A DNA stretch of 64,000 nucleotides from Gekko japonicus (Eukaryota), in assembly GCF_001447785.1 (NCBI RefSeq), contig NW_015170912.1, forward strand, positions 186,001 through 250,000. Direction: 5' to 3'. The notes below the pieces were generated by a model. That model did no database searches and had not been told where the DNA came from. It saw only the letters and a program-made list of their open reading frames with translations. The translations under genes were made by a program, and so were the position numbers. This document shows positions 11,964-24,871 of this stretch, piece by piece (position 1 is the first letter of the stretch; each line of letters begins with the position of its first letter).

Positions 11964-12631
11964 TGTATGAGTCTGGGGTCAGCCTCCCCTGTCGTTTCAC
12001 CTTGAGGGTGAGCTAATTCAGACCTCCAGACAAGTAGCGAGATCCTCTCCTCTCGAGTAGGTCTCCTGTCCCTGGGTTCTCCTCCCGGGATGAAAGGAAG
12101 CTCTCACTGATTGCACCGTCCCACACACTTGCTTTCTCCAAAAGTCAACATATCTTTATTTAAGAGGAGCAAAGATAAAAAAAACACAGCTCCAGAGATA
12201 AAAACACCAGGATAAATAATAATATTCACAAAGACTTAAAACACTGAGGCAATGTGCTGAGTGGCTGAAGGAGTAGTTCTCAAGCCGCTAGAATGGAGAC
12301 GGTCCTGAGCAGAGTGCTGGGAAGTTAGTTATTCTCAACAGAAGGCTGGCAAGGCTACAAGCAGGAGAAAGGAGAATGAAAAGTCTTTTATCAAAGAGCC
12401 ACCTTGGTGGAAGAAAACTTGCTTTTCTCTCCTGAACTGTTGTCTCTGTTCCACTGCCGGCTTGGTCAGTAACGGTGCCTCAATTAGCTACAGCTGCTGC
12501 TTGAACAATTGCCAAGTTTTTGCTTGAACAACTGCCAAGTTTTCTTATATCCTCCCTACAAGGCCCGGATGGTATTTCGCTTCAGAGCCTTAAGGGGGAC
12601 ACACCACAATACCAAATAATACTTCCATACA
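11964..12631 (-). repeat. 3' LTR of the Gmr1-like element (668 bp)
   Basis: 6-bp inverted ends TGTATG/CATACA; G7 PPT adjacent (plus-strand C run 12632-12638); TATA-like element ~12545; AATAAA (plus-strand TTTATT 12155); 23-bp tandem duplication at 12498-12543 in U3. Confidence 0.85.
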
Positions 12632-12804
12632 CCCCCCCACGCAGAAAGCGAGTGACTTAGGTCATTCGCCTTTCTGCGATCAGAACAATGCCTTTGCTGC
12701 ATATATTAAAATCATCTAACAACATACATACAAACCCGCAGTTACATATACATATTCAACTGTAGCCCATAACCTCAAAATCAGCAAAGATGCTCAGCCA
12801 TTTA

Positions 12805-15800
12805 CTATAAATCAGCATGACACCGTGAAAGGGAATCTGCTAGAGTGTTATCCCTCCCTCTAATATGGGTAACTTCGAAAGACATATCTTGCAGAGATAG
12901 TGCCCACCTCAAGATTCTAGAGTTGGTATCCTTCATTCTGTGTATGAATGTTATTGGGCTATGATCTGTCTCTAGACAAAAATGTGTTCCCCTGAGATAT
13001 GTCTTCAATTTGTTTAGCCCCCACACTACCCCCAGAGCTTCTTGCTCCACGACACTATACTTTTGCTCTCTAGGGAGTAACTTTCGACTCAGATAGATCA
13101 CTGGATGGAAACATCCATCGGACTCTTTTTGCATCAGGACGGCCCCTATGCCCGTTCTGCTAGCATCGGTCCTGACCAAGAAAGGCTTAGTATAGTCAGG
13201 TGGCCTAAGGATAGGTGCTTGAACAAGTTTCTCTTTTAGAAGTTCAAAAGCCCGTTGACATTCTGATGACCATGGTACTTTTGCGGGAACGTTTTTCTTA
13301 CATAGGTCAGTTAAGACCGCTGCTAGTCCACTAAAATTAGGGATGAATCTTCTATAAAACCCACAGGCCCCTAGGAAACTCAAAATCTGCTTCTTTGTCA
13401 TGGGAGTGGGCCAGTTAACGATTGCATCTATCTTTACCGCATGTGGTGAAATTTTCCCACCCCCTATTTGGTGGCCCAGGTATATAACAGAAGAGTTGGC
13501 AACTTGACACTTTGATGGCTTTATGGTCAAACCGGCATCTTGAATTCTCTGAAGCACAGTTCTCAGATGTTGTAGATGTTCCTGCCAGTTTGAACTGATG
13601 ACTGCAATATCGTCCTGATATGCTACTGCGTAGTCCAGTCCTCGAAGTATCTTATCCATCAGCCTTTGGAAAGCTTTGCTAGCTGACTTCACTCCAAATG
13701 GGAGTACATTAAAACAATACTGACCCATAAAACAAGAGAAGGAACTTCTTTCTTTAGCTCTCTCTGTAAGTGGCACTTGCCAGTATCCTGAAGTGAGGTC
13801 AAAAGTGGAGATGTATGTTGCACTAGCCAGTCTTTCTATCACTTCCTCAATGTATGGTGAAGGGTACTGGTCCATCTTACTTATCTTGTTGAGTTTTCTA
13901 TAATCAACACACATGCGATATTGAGTTGGGTCATCTTCATTCAACTTCTTCTTGGTAACAATGACAAGATTGCTAGACCACTCAGAAGTGCATGGCTCTA
14001 TTACTCCCATTTGTAGCATTTTTTCTATTTCTGTCTTGATTATTTCCCTCATAGGCCCCCTCACAGGATACGGATTGGACTTAACTGGTGGATGGTCTCC
14101 TGTGTCTATATCATGGACAACTAGGGAGGTTCTTCCAGGACAGTTGGTAAATGTGCTTTCAAATTTTTTCAACAGCTCCCTTAGTTGTTCTTGCTGTTGG
14201 CATGACAGGGCCTCATTGATGGGGATCTCAGACATTCCAGTTGGCCTTTCTGCTTCTGCAAGAAGATCAGGAACATCAAAGTCCTCTTCTGGCCAGGCCT
14301 CAATTGACATTTGCTGCATTTGACGGGCAACAAATTTTTTTAAGCGGTTAATGTGGGCTACTAGAAGGCCTCTCTCTGGATCTTTAATCTCATAGTTTCC
14401 ATCTCCAAGGCTCTGCATAACTTCGAAAGGTCCCGTCCAATGTACATCTAACTTTCCCACACTCCCAGGGTTCAACAATAGGGCCCACTCTCCCGTCTTC
14501 AGGGTTCTAGATTTAGTTGTTTTGTCAAAATTTGTTTTTTGTTTTTCCCTGGTTTCTGTGAGGGCTTGCTGAGCAGTCTGTTGTATACTTTGTAAAGTCT
14601 GCTGTAGATTGGTGAAATATTCTGATGTCGACTGTGGTACTTCAGGAGCCCAGACTCCTTCCCAGCTTGCCCTCAGTAACTCAATGATTCCTGGCAGTTT
14701 CCTGCCAAACACAAGTTCATTGGGCGTGAAGCCGCCAAGCGAAGGATGCACAGCATCTCTGTACGCACTAACCACAAATGGAACCGCCTCATCCCAATTT
14801 CCGTGATGTTCCAAGCAGAAGGCTTTTAGCATCCGTGTCAGAGTTCCTCCCCACTTTTCTATCTGCCCATGAGATTGTGGGTGATAGGCTACACTGAGTT
14901 GTTGAGTCACTCCTGCCAAATCGTAGAGTTTTTGCATAAGGTTATTTAGATGATCTATCACTGACAATAACTCTCGGAAAACCAAAATTTGCAAAAAACT
15001 CTAACAATGTTCTAGCGACATTTGTTGCAGTAACAGTCCTTAGTGGAATAGCTGCTGGAAAACAAGTTGCCCGGTCTATGATAACAAGAATGAATTTCTT
15101 TCCTGACCTTGTAGGGGGGAAGGGTCCCTGAATGTCCATCTGTATTTCTGCAAAAGGTACTTGCACGATTGGGATCCTTCCTAGTGGCACCTTTACATGA
15201 TCAGATGAGTATCCTACCTTCTGGCATACTTCGCAGGAATTAACATAATCTTTAATGTCTTTACTTATTCCAGGCCAATAAAACGCCGCAGTCACCTTGG
15301 CAAGGGTTCTTTTGAACCCAAGATGCCCAGACAATGGCAGGTCATGGGCAGATCGTAAAACTTCTCCCCTGAAGAGTTTAGGGACCACTAATTGCTTCAC
15401 TGACTGTGACATGGCTGTCTTTCCTTTTGGTAGGTATTCTCTATAAAGGAAACCATTATGCCAATAAATCCTACTGTTTCCAGGTTTCTCCAATGAGGGA
15501 CTCATTTTTCCAGCTGCCTCTCTACATGACTGTAAATCTGGCGATGTCTCTAACAATTCCTTAAAGACTTTAGAATCAGTTTTCATGGATAGCGTCCCAC
15601 TTCCAGTTATAGGAGGAAATTGAACATCATGAGCTAGAGGCTGTAAGACTCCTCCCCCTGTTCCTTGCTCTTCCTCTTCCTCTTCCTGCTGTTGGACTCC
15701 CAGTGGGGGGCTTTCTTTCTGCTGTCCTATTGGCAGCATCTTTCTAGCTCTTGCTGTACTCCTGGTCAGTACTGGAAACTGGTTAATGCAACCTTTTGCT

Positions 15801-16270
15801 TTTAGCATTTTAAAATAAACATCCATCCCAAGTAAAAAGGCGGGATCATCTCCCTGATGTACCAATAATGGGATGGTGTCGGTCCAATTCTCTATAGTAA
15901 CCTTAGCATAGGTAACAGGTTGCTCTTTGGGCTGGGCATCATACGTACGAATATCTACTTTCCCATCTGGTTGTAACCCTAATTCCTGGAAGGTAGTTTC
16001 ACAAATGGATGACATGTCCGCCCCACTATCCCATGTAGCTTTGAGGAGGGCCCTATCTTGTATTCTCACATAAACTGTCCTTTTTTGAGAACACCACTCC
16101 GCTTGTTCTTGACTAATGTAGCATGAAATGGACCTTTTAGGGACAGAAGTCAGATTTATGCGATTTATTCTGGCTCCATTTCTTAGGCCCTGACTCTGTT
16201 GTTGGTTATTAAATTGTACTTCTCTAGCAGGCCAATTTTTACCCCGCCCAGAGTTTTGCATACATACCAT
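12805..16270 (-). pseudogene. Gypsy pol polyprotein PR-INT-RT-RH, frameshifted in the integrase core (~14945-14960)
   Basis: Two long ORFs (14942-16270 and 12805-14994) join at SDR../NNLMQ; otherwise no stops. Confidence 0.88.
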
Positions 16271-17170
16271 CAGAGTCTGATGTACTTCTTTGGCTGGAGC
16301 AGCTGATGCTGTATCTTGAAGCTATATTTGTTGTTGATCTTGACTTGCTGACGACGTTACTGCTTGAGTTGTAATTAGTTGAACATTTGGTTGCTGTGAT
16401 ACATTTTTCTCCACTAGTCTCGGGCATTGATTTCGAATGTGGCCTCGTTGCTTACAGAAGTAACAGACTGGTGGCGCTGATGTATAGCTGGTAGACCCTC
16501 TATGTTCCTGAATACGATCTCTTACTTGATTTGGATGGCGTTGCCTAAAAGTTGGAGCTGGTTGTCTTTGCTGATATTCCCCAGTCCTTGGATACCTTGG
16601 AATCCGATGTGACTGGTCTCCCATAGGCTTGGCACAGGGCATCTCCATCAGGCGGCCTTCTGCAGGTATTGCAAAAGCTGGGCAACCCTCAATGGTTGGT
16701 GCCAGTGTCCTCCTTCCACCATAGGGGTGCAACAAGCTAGTGAGGGGGCTGGGCAGACAAGGCTGGGTGGACAGACTGGAGGTGCCCTGGCTAGGAAGCT
16801 GGGCAGGGCTGGTGGGAGGGCAGGCTGGGGAAAACAGGCCATGAAAGACACCCCCCCATGCAGCTGCAGACAGGTCCCATGGGCCAGGGACAATTCACCA
16901 GCAGCCAGGATCCAAGGAGAGAAATGAGTTGGGGTAGGGGAGAGAGAAAGCAAGAAATAGTGATGGGATGGGGAGGAAGAGAGAGAGAGAAAGAGACAAT
17001 AGATGTGGGGGGATGGAGAAAGAGAAAAACAGAGGGAGACAAAGTAAGAGAAGGAGTGGGGGAAGAGAAGAAGAGTAAGACAGAAAAGGGGTGGTGAGAG
17101 AGGGGAATAAGCAAAGGTGGGGGGATGGGAGGGCTACTTCTGCACTTGTATATTCTAATAGCCAAGTTGG

Positions 17171-17560
17171 TAGGGTTGCCAGCCCCTGGGTGGGAGTGGG
17201 GGAATCTTACGATTTGGTGGACTCCTGCCCATCGCTGGCCAGCTGGGGGAAGCTCCACTCCCAACAACCACGACCCAGCGTGACATCCCCAATGTGATGA
17301 CATCGCTCGGAAAAGATGTCATCACGCTGGGGACATCGTGTAGTGATGCTCTGGTATTTTGGGCAAAACTCTATGATAACCATAAAGTTTTGCCCAAAAT
17401 ACCACAGCGTCACTGCACAATGTTCCTGGAGTGATTATGTCAGTTCTGTGTGACATCTTCACATCGGGGACATCACGCATGCTGGCATTACCCCACCCCC
17501 CACTCCTGGAGAGCTCCCTTCCACCCACTGCTGGTGTAAGGTAAGGACCTGGCAACCCTA
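17171..17560. mobile_element. hAT MITE with perfect 8-bp TSD
   Basis: TIR TAGGGTTGCCAG / CTGGCAACCCTA; TSD CAAGTTGG; internally palindromic. Confidence 0.9.
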
Positions 17561-18348
17561 CAAGTTGGCCAAATCTGAGGGTACTTAAAACAGGAGAATG
17601 GACCTCTGAACGGGCAAGACAAATCTTTCTACAAACCTGAAAAACACCCTAGGTTTCCAGAAAAATCTGAAACCTAAAAAAATGGCATGTTTTTTTTTAA
17701 AAAATACACCAAAATGATAAAAGGAACATGTATAGAAATATTGATTTCTAAAGGTTTCATGTCTTCCCCTGGAATGTCCCTTGCTGATACCCTGCTGGGT
17801 TGATTTCCTATTGAAGCCATATGGCCTCGATAGCCCTGCCATATAACCCTCCATTCTTCACACTTCCATGCTGGCAGAAGACCAGATGGCCCTAGCAAAC
17901 AGGCAAAGACACACGTACCGCTATGGGGTGGTTGGAATTTGGGGACCACATGACTGCAGGTGTGGCCTTCAAGAGTACTGACCATTCAGATGTTGTCCCC
18001 ATGGCAACCCAACAATTGGACACTCCCATGTCTACTCCAATTGGCCCCTGGCCAGGGCTAATTGGGGGACTGGGATTGCCCTATATCTGTTCATTCCCAA
18101 TGAGAGGAACTCTCTCTCTCTTCTGTTCCTGTTATCTCTGCTACTCTGTGTGCTGTCCACCTGAAATGCTGTCCTGCCATGTGGTCTCTGGCAGAGACAA
18201 AGAACTGCTTTGGAGCTGAGCACATGGCTGCATGCTTGCAAAGATGGACTTCTTGCTCCAAACCTCTTGGGGCTACTGGATTATTACAAATGGACTATTC
18301 TGGACTGATAACTGTTCCTGACTTGGTAAATATGCATCTCTAATGTGT

Positions 18349-18581
18349 CCTGCCAAACCTAGCAGTTCGAAAGCAAGAAATTGCAAGTAGATAAATAGGT
18401 ACCACTTCGGTGGGAAGGTAACAGCGTTCCGTGCGCCTTGGTGTTTAGTCATGCCGGCCACATGACCACGGAAACGTCTTCAGACAGCGCTGGCTCTTCG
18501 GCTTTGAAACGGAGATGAGCACCGCAACCCTAGAGTCGGACTCGACTGGCTTTCAAGCAAGGGAACCTTTACCTTTACCTT
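18349..18581 (+). mobile_element. Sauria SINE, 5'-truncated
   Basis: (ACCTTT)n tail; TSD TAATGTGT. Confidence 0.85.
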
Positions 18582-20263
18582 TAATGTGTAGTTAAGGCAA
18601 AACATTGCCTAGCCTTTGTTATTTTTAAATCCTTCTAGTCTGTGCTAAGTTCTATACTGAATAAACTTATTCTGGTTTTCTAGCTTGTCTGGTTTGATAT
18701 GTAACTGAATCCCAAGCCTAGATCTTGTAGCCTAACCCGCTGACCATATACACTACCTAGGTAAAAGTTTGCACCTCTGAGTAGAGTTGCTAATGTGTAA
18801 AACCCACATGCCAACTGAGATTCTGGGATCTCTAACCTCAGGCTGGTGAGGGATTAAGTAGAGATCCTGGTGGCTATAGTGTTCTGAAATCCAGAGAGCC
18901 TACCTTTCTGGGTTATTGTGTAATGTATTGAGCCAGTGTAGAGTTTTCCCCCTCATCCCTGGACTGGCCTGGGGGGGCAGAATCTATACAGAACACTTGT
19001 AGCTTTATTTAGCTTCCCTCAGTGGATATTGCTAGGCAACCACAAGAGGCTTGGATTCTCTCAGTAAAAGGCAGGGGGAGGGTGCCTTTTTCAGAGATAT
19101 TTTGGGCTTTGAGGGAGGACTTATTGGGGCAAAGCCTGGCAGGAACCACCAGACAACTTGCTACCACCCAACTTTCATGACTTACCTAGGCCTGACTGCT
19201 TGCTACTGTTCAGCAGCAGCCCCGGCACAAACATCACTGTGGTGTAGCGGTTAGAGCTTCAGACTAGGACCTTGAATTCCCATTATGCTGTGGAAACTCA
19301 CTGGCTGATCCTGAACCAGCTCCACATGCTCAGCCTAATATACCTTACAGGCAGTGGGGAATTGCCATTGAGAGCACCTGGATGGCTCCTGGTGGGCCAA
19401 TGGCCTCCCACCCATACCCGGGCTGGCCAGCTCTCTGACGGAAGGGCTGAACCTGACCCACCCAAGCCCCATACAAGGTGGCAGAGATGGCTCTCAGCCA
19501 GCCTGAGGCAAGGTAGGGAGACAGAGCCCGGGTCCCCAGGCCCCAAGAAGCAAGGCAGCGGAGGAGGTGGCGACACCCGACTCAGACTGCTTGAGGCAAG
19601 GCAGATGTTGGTACACCACCAACCCTCATGCAACCCAGACTCTGGCACCCAGCCCAGTCAAGCCCTGTGCAAGGCAATACAGATGGTGGCACCTGGGCCA
19701 AACTCTGCACTAGGTGAGGCAGACAGTAGTGCCCAGCCTGGTCAAGTCCCACATGAGGCAAGGCAGACCATGCCCACCTGGCTGAGCCCTGCATGATGCA
19801 AGGCAGACAGAGGCGTCTGGCTGAGCTCTGCACAAGGTGAGGTAAGGTGAAGAAGATGGCCTGTGCGAGGTGAGGCCAGGCAGACAGCACTGTCCAGCAC
19901 AGCCAAGCACCATGTGAGTGAGGCAGATAGCAGTGCCTGGCCCAGCCAAGCTCCATGCAAGGACTATAGTTTTCCTAGGTAGAGGGTGCCAGGGTAGAGA
20001 AAGTTGGAAAAGAGAGGATGGACAGGAGATAAAGATAGGTTGGTTGTTGGCAGATGGGAATGAGAGAAGGAGGCAGGAAAGGGGGAGAGGGGAAATAAGA
20101 TTTACTCTGCAGATCCTTTCAGGTTAACACTAGTAAATCTATATCACCAGCAATTATTCAGAAAGATTCACCGTGATATTGTAAAAGAATTCATTGACGT
20201 ACTGATATATATTTTTGCATTTTGGAGTATACTCCAAAATCAGCATTTTCATTCACTATATTT

Positions 20264-20640
20264 GGCCCCGTTCACACAGAGCATTTGCCGCGCTAAAGAG
20301 ACGGATGATAGGCGGATTTTCCAGGTGCGATCACACTGCAACATCTGGGAAGCGTAGTGCTCCCGTGGCTAACCCGTGGCGTCCCGCCGACGATGCGCGT
20401 TGAAAAACTAGTACCTCCAAGGTACTAGTAAACGTTTGCCATGGGCTGCCTCCAGACGCCCGTGGTGTGATCGCGCCGGCGCGCGGCATTCCCCTCCGGT
20501 CCCTTGTTTACCTGCTGGCACCTAGGGAAGGACCGGTGGTGTGCCACCGGCGTGTCTGATCGCGTAATCGTGGATCTAACTGCACCAGGGCAATTAGCCA
20601 CGCCTCCCCCCCACAATATCCGGCCCGTGTGACCGGGGCC
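20264..20640. mobile_element. PIF/Harbinger-like MITE
   Basis: TIRs GGCCCCGTTCACAC / GTGTGACCGGGGCC; central inverted repeat CTAGTACC-TCCAA-GGTACTAG; CpG-rich, suggesting it is young. Confidence 0.75.
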
Positions 20641-21446
20641 ATTTATATCCTTTCTTCAGTAGAAAGGTAGAACCACAGTATATAACGGTATAAGCATTTA
20701 GTGCTTACCTTACTATTAAACAAATGTAATAACAGCAAAAAGCTATTTACAAAAGATCCACATTAAATGACCAATTTATATCCAACGGAATCAATTTAAA
20801 AGAACTTCCAACAAATCCTGAAAGAATGTTGGATATGATTACTTTGTTAATTTTTTTAAATTGAAGGGCTCCCCCAGCTGGTTCTGGCATTATACTTTCT
20901 GTTCCTAAAAAAGGAGAATGGAAACTCTGGATTCTGAAGTACTAGCTCTCAATCCAGTCCAATTATGAATTCATTGGGTGGTCTTGTGTACAATAATATA
21001 TTTTACCCTTCATTACTTCACTGGTACAAGAGGAATAGTAATGTTTTGCCTCATATGAGGTATTGAAAAGATTATGGGGACATATTATTCTCCTCATTGA
21101 ACCCTGGGGATAGCCTATAAATGAAAACAAATAAATGATTGACTGAGTCAGTAATAAAGGTCTCCATTGGGGAATATTAACGTTATATTACAGTGCCTTG
21201 ATGACTGGATATCAAATCTAGATTAAAACTTTCTGCTTTTTGGTCACCATTCATCTCCTGAATAAGTCAATTAATTTAAGAAGGAATAAATAGGTTAAAG
21301 GTAAAGCACCTAATGTCAACATATCAAAGAAATTCCTGCCACTGAAAAAGAAAGGGAACCTAATTTCTACATAATATTGGGAGGCTGCAGGGGGCTGGTC
21401 CTGTCACAAAACTTTGGAATTTAATTTCTACAGAATACTGGGAGGC

Positions 21447-22037
21447 TCCTGGGATCCAAGATCACTACAGACAGTGACTGCAGCCATTAAATTACAAGAT
21501 GCCTGCTCCTTGGGAGGAAAGTGATGGCAAACCTAGACAGCATAATAAAAAGTAGAGCCATCACCCTGCCAACAAAAGTCCTTATGGTCAAAGCAATGGT
21601 ATTCCCAGTAGTCATGTATGGCTGCGAGAGTTGGACCATAAGGAAAGCCAAGTGCCGAAGAACAGATGCTTTCGAATTATGGTGCTGGAGAAGACTCTTG
21701 AGAGTCCCTTGGACTGCAAAGGAGATCAAATCAGTCAATCCTAAAAGAAATCAATCCTGACTGTTCCCTAGAAGGCCAGATACTGAAGCTGAAGCTCAAA
21801 TACTTTAGCCACCAACATGAGAAAGGAGCACTCACTGGAGAAGACCCTGATGCTGGGAAAGACTGAAGGTCAAAGAAGAAGGGGACGACAAAGGATGAGA
21901 TGGTTAGACAGTGTTATTGATGCAACAAACATGAGATTAAGCAAACTCCAGAGGACGACGGAAGACAGGAGGGCCTGGTGTGATGTAGTCCATGGGGTCG
22001 TGAAGAGTCGGACTTGACTGCGACTGAACAACAACAC
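21447..22037 (+). mobile_element. BovB (RTE) LINE 3' fragment
   Basis: NLDSIIKSRAITLPTKV...MYGCESWTI...LEKTLMLGKTEGQRRRGRQRMRWLD; (CAA)n tail. Confidence 0.92.
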
Positions 22038-22161
22038 CTGAACCAAGCATACCCCTATAACTGAGGCAGTTCCTTTGAATGGGCACTCCCTGCATATGCA
22101 AAAACAATGCCTTTGGGGCTCTTCTAAAGCATGATGGAGGCAGAGGAAAGCTGCAGGCAGC

Positions 22162-22696
22162 TGTCATGGCTCAGGTGGGGTGTCACCTGATGCTGCCACC
22201 ACTCTGGTTCCAGGCTCCCTTGAGAAGGCCCAGAGCACCCTCCCAAGACCTCCAGACCTCCCTTTTGGCTGAATAACAGGCGTGAGGACCAGGCAGAGTG
22301 AACAATGAAAATAGTTTATTTTATAAGAGGTCAAACAAAAAAGGTGCAGAATTATAACAGTAAGTGGGTGGAAAGAAAAGAAATCAAATGCCCTAATGCG
22401 TCTAAATATATACTGTCCCAGCTCACTATTCCAAGTGACACTAGACTACTCACCCTTCCCTCAGGATGAGGGTCTCTTCCCCACAGCAGCCTCTCCTGGC
22501 CCTGTTCCCTGGGAAGAAGAACAGCTTTTCCTGCTGCACCAGATCTTTTATTCCAAGTCCTCCTCTTTTCCTATTGGTCAGTTTTGGCCCCAAAACCTCT
22601 CAGGGGCTTCTGGGAGTTGTAGGTCCAGCCTCACCCACTGCTAACCAGGCTCCCTGGGCCTAGTAGGCCTCTGGTGGCACAGCCCAGATCATGACA
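22162..22696 (-). mobile_element. Solo LTR (Gypsy-type) with 5-bp TSD
   Basis: TGTCATG...CATGACA ends; GCAGC TSD; minus-strand AATAAA at 22315-22320. Confidence 0.8.
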
Positions 22697-23651
22697 GCAG
22701 CTCTTTACTTTGCTATTTGGTTTTGCTTTCACAGAATGGAGGTATTTGCTTCCTGCATAGTGACAGGGAAAGGTTGTTAGCCCCAGGGATTCAGGAAGGT
22801 TCTTGTCTATTGGCCAAACTCAGGGTGCACATGCCAGTGACATGCCTGTCTGGAATGAGCTCAGCGCTTTGCTAGTCAGTTAGCTGGTACAAAGTGACCC
22901 AGTGCTCTCTTTTTTGTGCCCCATTCAAGACCCTGTGGATTTTATCCCCAGTATTTATGATCTAGGAAATGTATAGGTGGGAGTATGGCACCTCTGGCCA
23001 CAGCATTAGGGTTCCCTAGACTAGTCGATTACAAAACTGCTATTTTGCTCATTGACTAGCTTTTCCTGTCCCAACATTTGACTTAACCTGAGAAAGGATT
23101 AACTTACAAAAATTTACTTTGGATGCAGTTTCCTCCCCTGCGAGTGGAGTATTTAAAAAACAGAATATGCTACAAGTCTACTTTCTTGTACTCCCTGTGC
23201 CAAGATCATAGTTAGATCTTCCTATTCAGGTGCCCAACTTGGTGATTTCTTCCAATTCCCATTTCTTCCTTTCCCAAGATTCCTATCTCAGAACACTCCT
23301 TTATTATTGCCAGTGGCTTCACTGGAAGAGGACCTTTCTGAATTGTGATTACAGCGTGGGCAATGCTAACAAAGTCAAGCTTTTCAGCACCCAAGAACAT
23401 TGATTGAACATATGCACTGAAAGGTATTTATTTACAGACTTGGCCAGACTGGTGTAGTAAGAGTACAACCAGCCTGGGCACACAGGCGCAAACATGCCTT
23501 GCGTTGCCAATGAAATAAGAAAAGACGGACAAACTAGAGGCTGAGCATCAGACAGACAGAAAGAATAAATGTGCTTTTTTCTCATGCAAAGGGAGAAAAA
23601 ATTAGATGCAAACTTTACATTTAAAACTGCATTGTTCCCCCTTTTAATCTG

Positions 23652-23807
23652 NNNNNNNNNNNNNNNNNNNNNNNNNNNNNNNNNNNNNNNNNNNNNNNNN
23701 NNNNNNNNNNNNNNNNNNNNNNNNNNNNNNNNNNNNNNNNNNNNNNNNNNNNNNNNNNNNNNNNNNNNNNNNNNNNNNNNNNNNNNNNNNNNNNNNNNNN
23801 NNNNNNN
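23652..23807. other. Assembly gap
   Basis: N run. Confidence 1.
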
Positions 23808-24564
23808 ATCCAAGGGGACAGGGAAGTCAGTGTGGGCGGCTCTGAGGAAGGCCCTCCTTCTACAGCTGCAGCTCAGCGGATTAGGAAGCTTCATCCACAA
23901 GGCTACATTACACAAGTAGCCTTTGAACAAAAGTCATGGATACTATTAATGATATGGTAATCCTTAATCGAGCTACCTCCCAGTAGTGATTATACTGACA
24001 TGGGAAGAATATCTAAGTCGTCGAAGCAGCCCATAACAACACTGCGCTATTGTTCACCCCAAGCTTGACCACAACTAACTTTTACCAGCATCTCTAACGT
24101 CACTTTCCCCCCCTCACTACCACCACCCTGATCCTAGATCTTTTAAGATTTGCTTCTTTTTTTTAGCAAGTTCCCACACACATTTAGTGTCGTCTCAAAA
24201 TTCATGCTGCCAAACGCATCAAGAGACCATTTCTGTCCGATACCAAAGACCACACAAAGGTTAGTTCTGTAGGTCTCAGTGAAGATGTTTTAATTGGCTG
24301 ACAAAAGGCACCAGGGCTCGTTTGACTTGCAAATGGGGGTGTCTCTTGGTGTTCAGATGACACAGGCAGAATTAGAAACATTTGGCTTCAGCTTATATCT
24401 ATACCAAGTATCCTCCAGTTAACATTTTTAGCATAATTTAGTTTAATTGAGTAATTTAATTATTATACGGCATAGTGTGTAGAATAGCCAGGAGATCCCA
24501 AAACTGTCTGGCAGCTGCAAGTTCTAGCTCTTAGCATTGTGCTACTGGTGAGCTAGACTTGTTT

Positions 24565-24700
24565 TTAGGGGCTAAGACAGCTGTAAGAGAACTGTGATTG
24601 GCCCAAAGTCACCCAGGTGGCTTCATGTGGAGGAGTGGGAAATTGAGCCTGGTTCTCCACATTAGGATCTGCTGTTCTTAACCACTACACCAAACTGGCT
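24565..24700 (-). mobile_element. Squam3-like SINE fragment
   Basis: Ends TTAACCACTACACCAAACTGGCT, the reverse of the tRNA-like head. Confidence 0.65.
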
Positions 24701-24871
24701 GCTCTACATTTAAGGACAATATGCCACCTCTCAAGTTTACACCTGTTCATTGCATAGCTTGCACCCGTTCACTAGTGGTCCTGACCCTTTTGGCTGCTGC
24801 TGTGGTACCATCTCTCCCAGCTGCCCTTTTTGTACCAGGGACTGTGATCCTAGCCAATCAGGGATCACATT

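Larger units (their letters stand above)
11964..16630 (-). mobile_element. Gmr1-like Ty3/Gypsy LTR retrotransposon, 5'-truncated, with 3' LTR
   Basis: In order: gag zinc knuckle CYFCKQRGHIRNQC, protease WDSGA, integrase HHCC + D,D,E + GPF, RT (CVDYRKLN, YQDD), RNase H (TDAS, EQEA, TDH, ADSLSR). G-rich PPT, then an LTR with TGTATG...CATACA ends. Confidence 0.92.

Noticed and set aside
11687-12016. PolyA/polyQ/polyL-containing ORFs
   Set aside because: Translations of a (CTG)12 microsatellite; no exon context.
19600-19960. Degenerate GCAAGGTGAGGCAAGGCAGA-type repeats, CRISPR-like at a glance
   Set aside because: Irregular, divergent units in vertebrate DNA with no cas genes; probably transposon-internal repeats.
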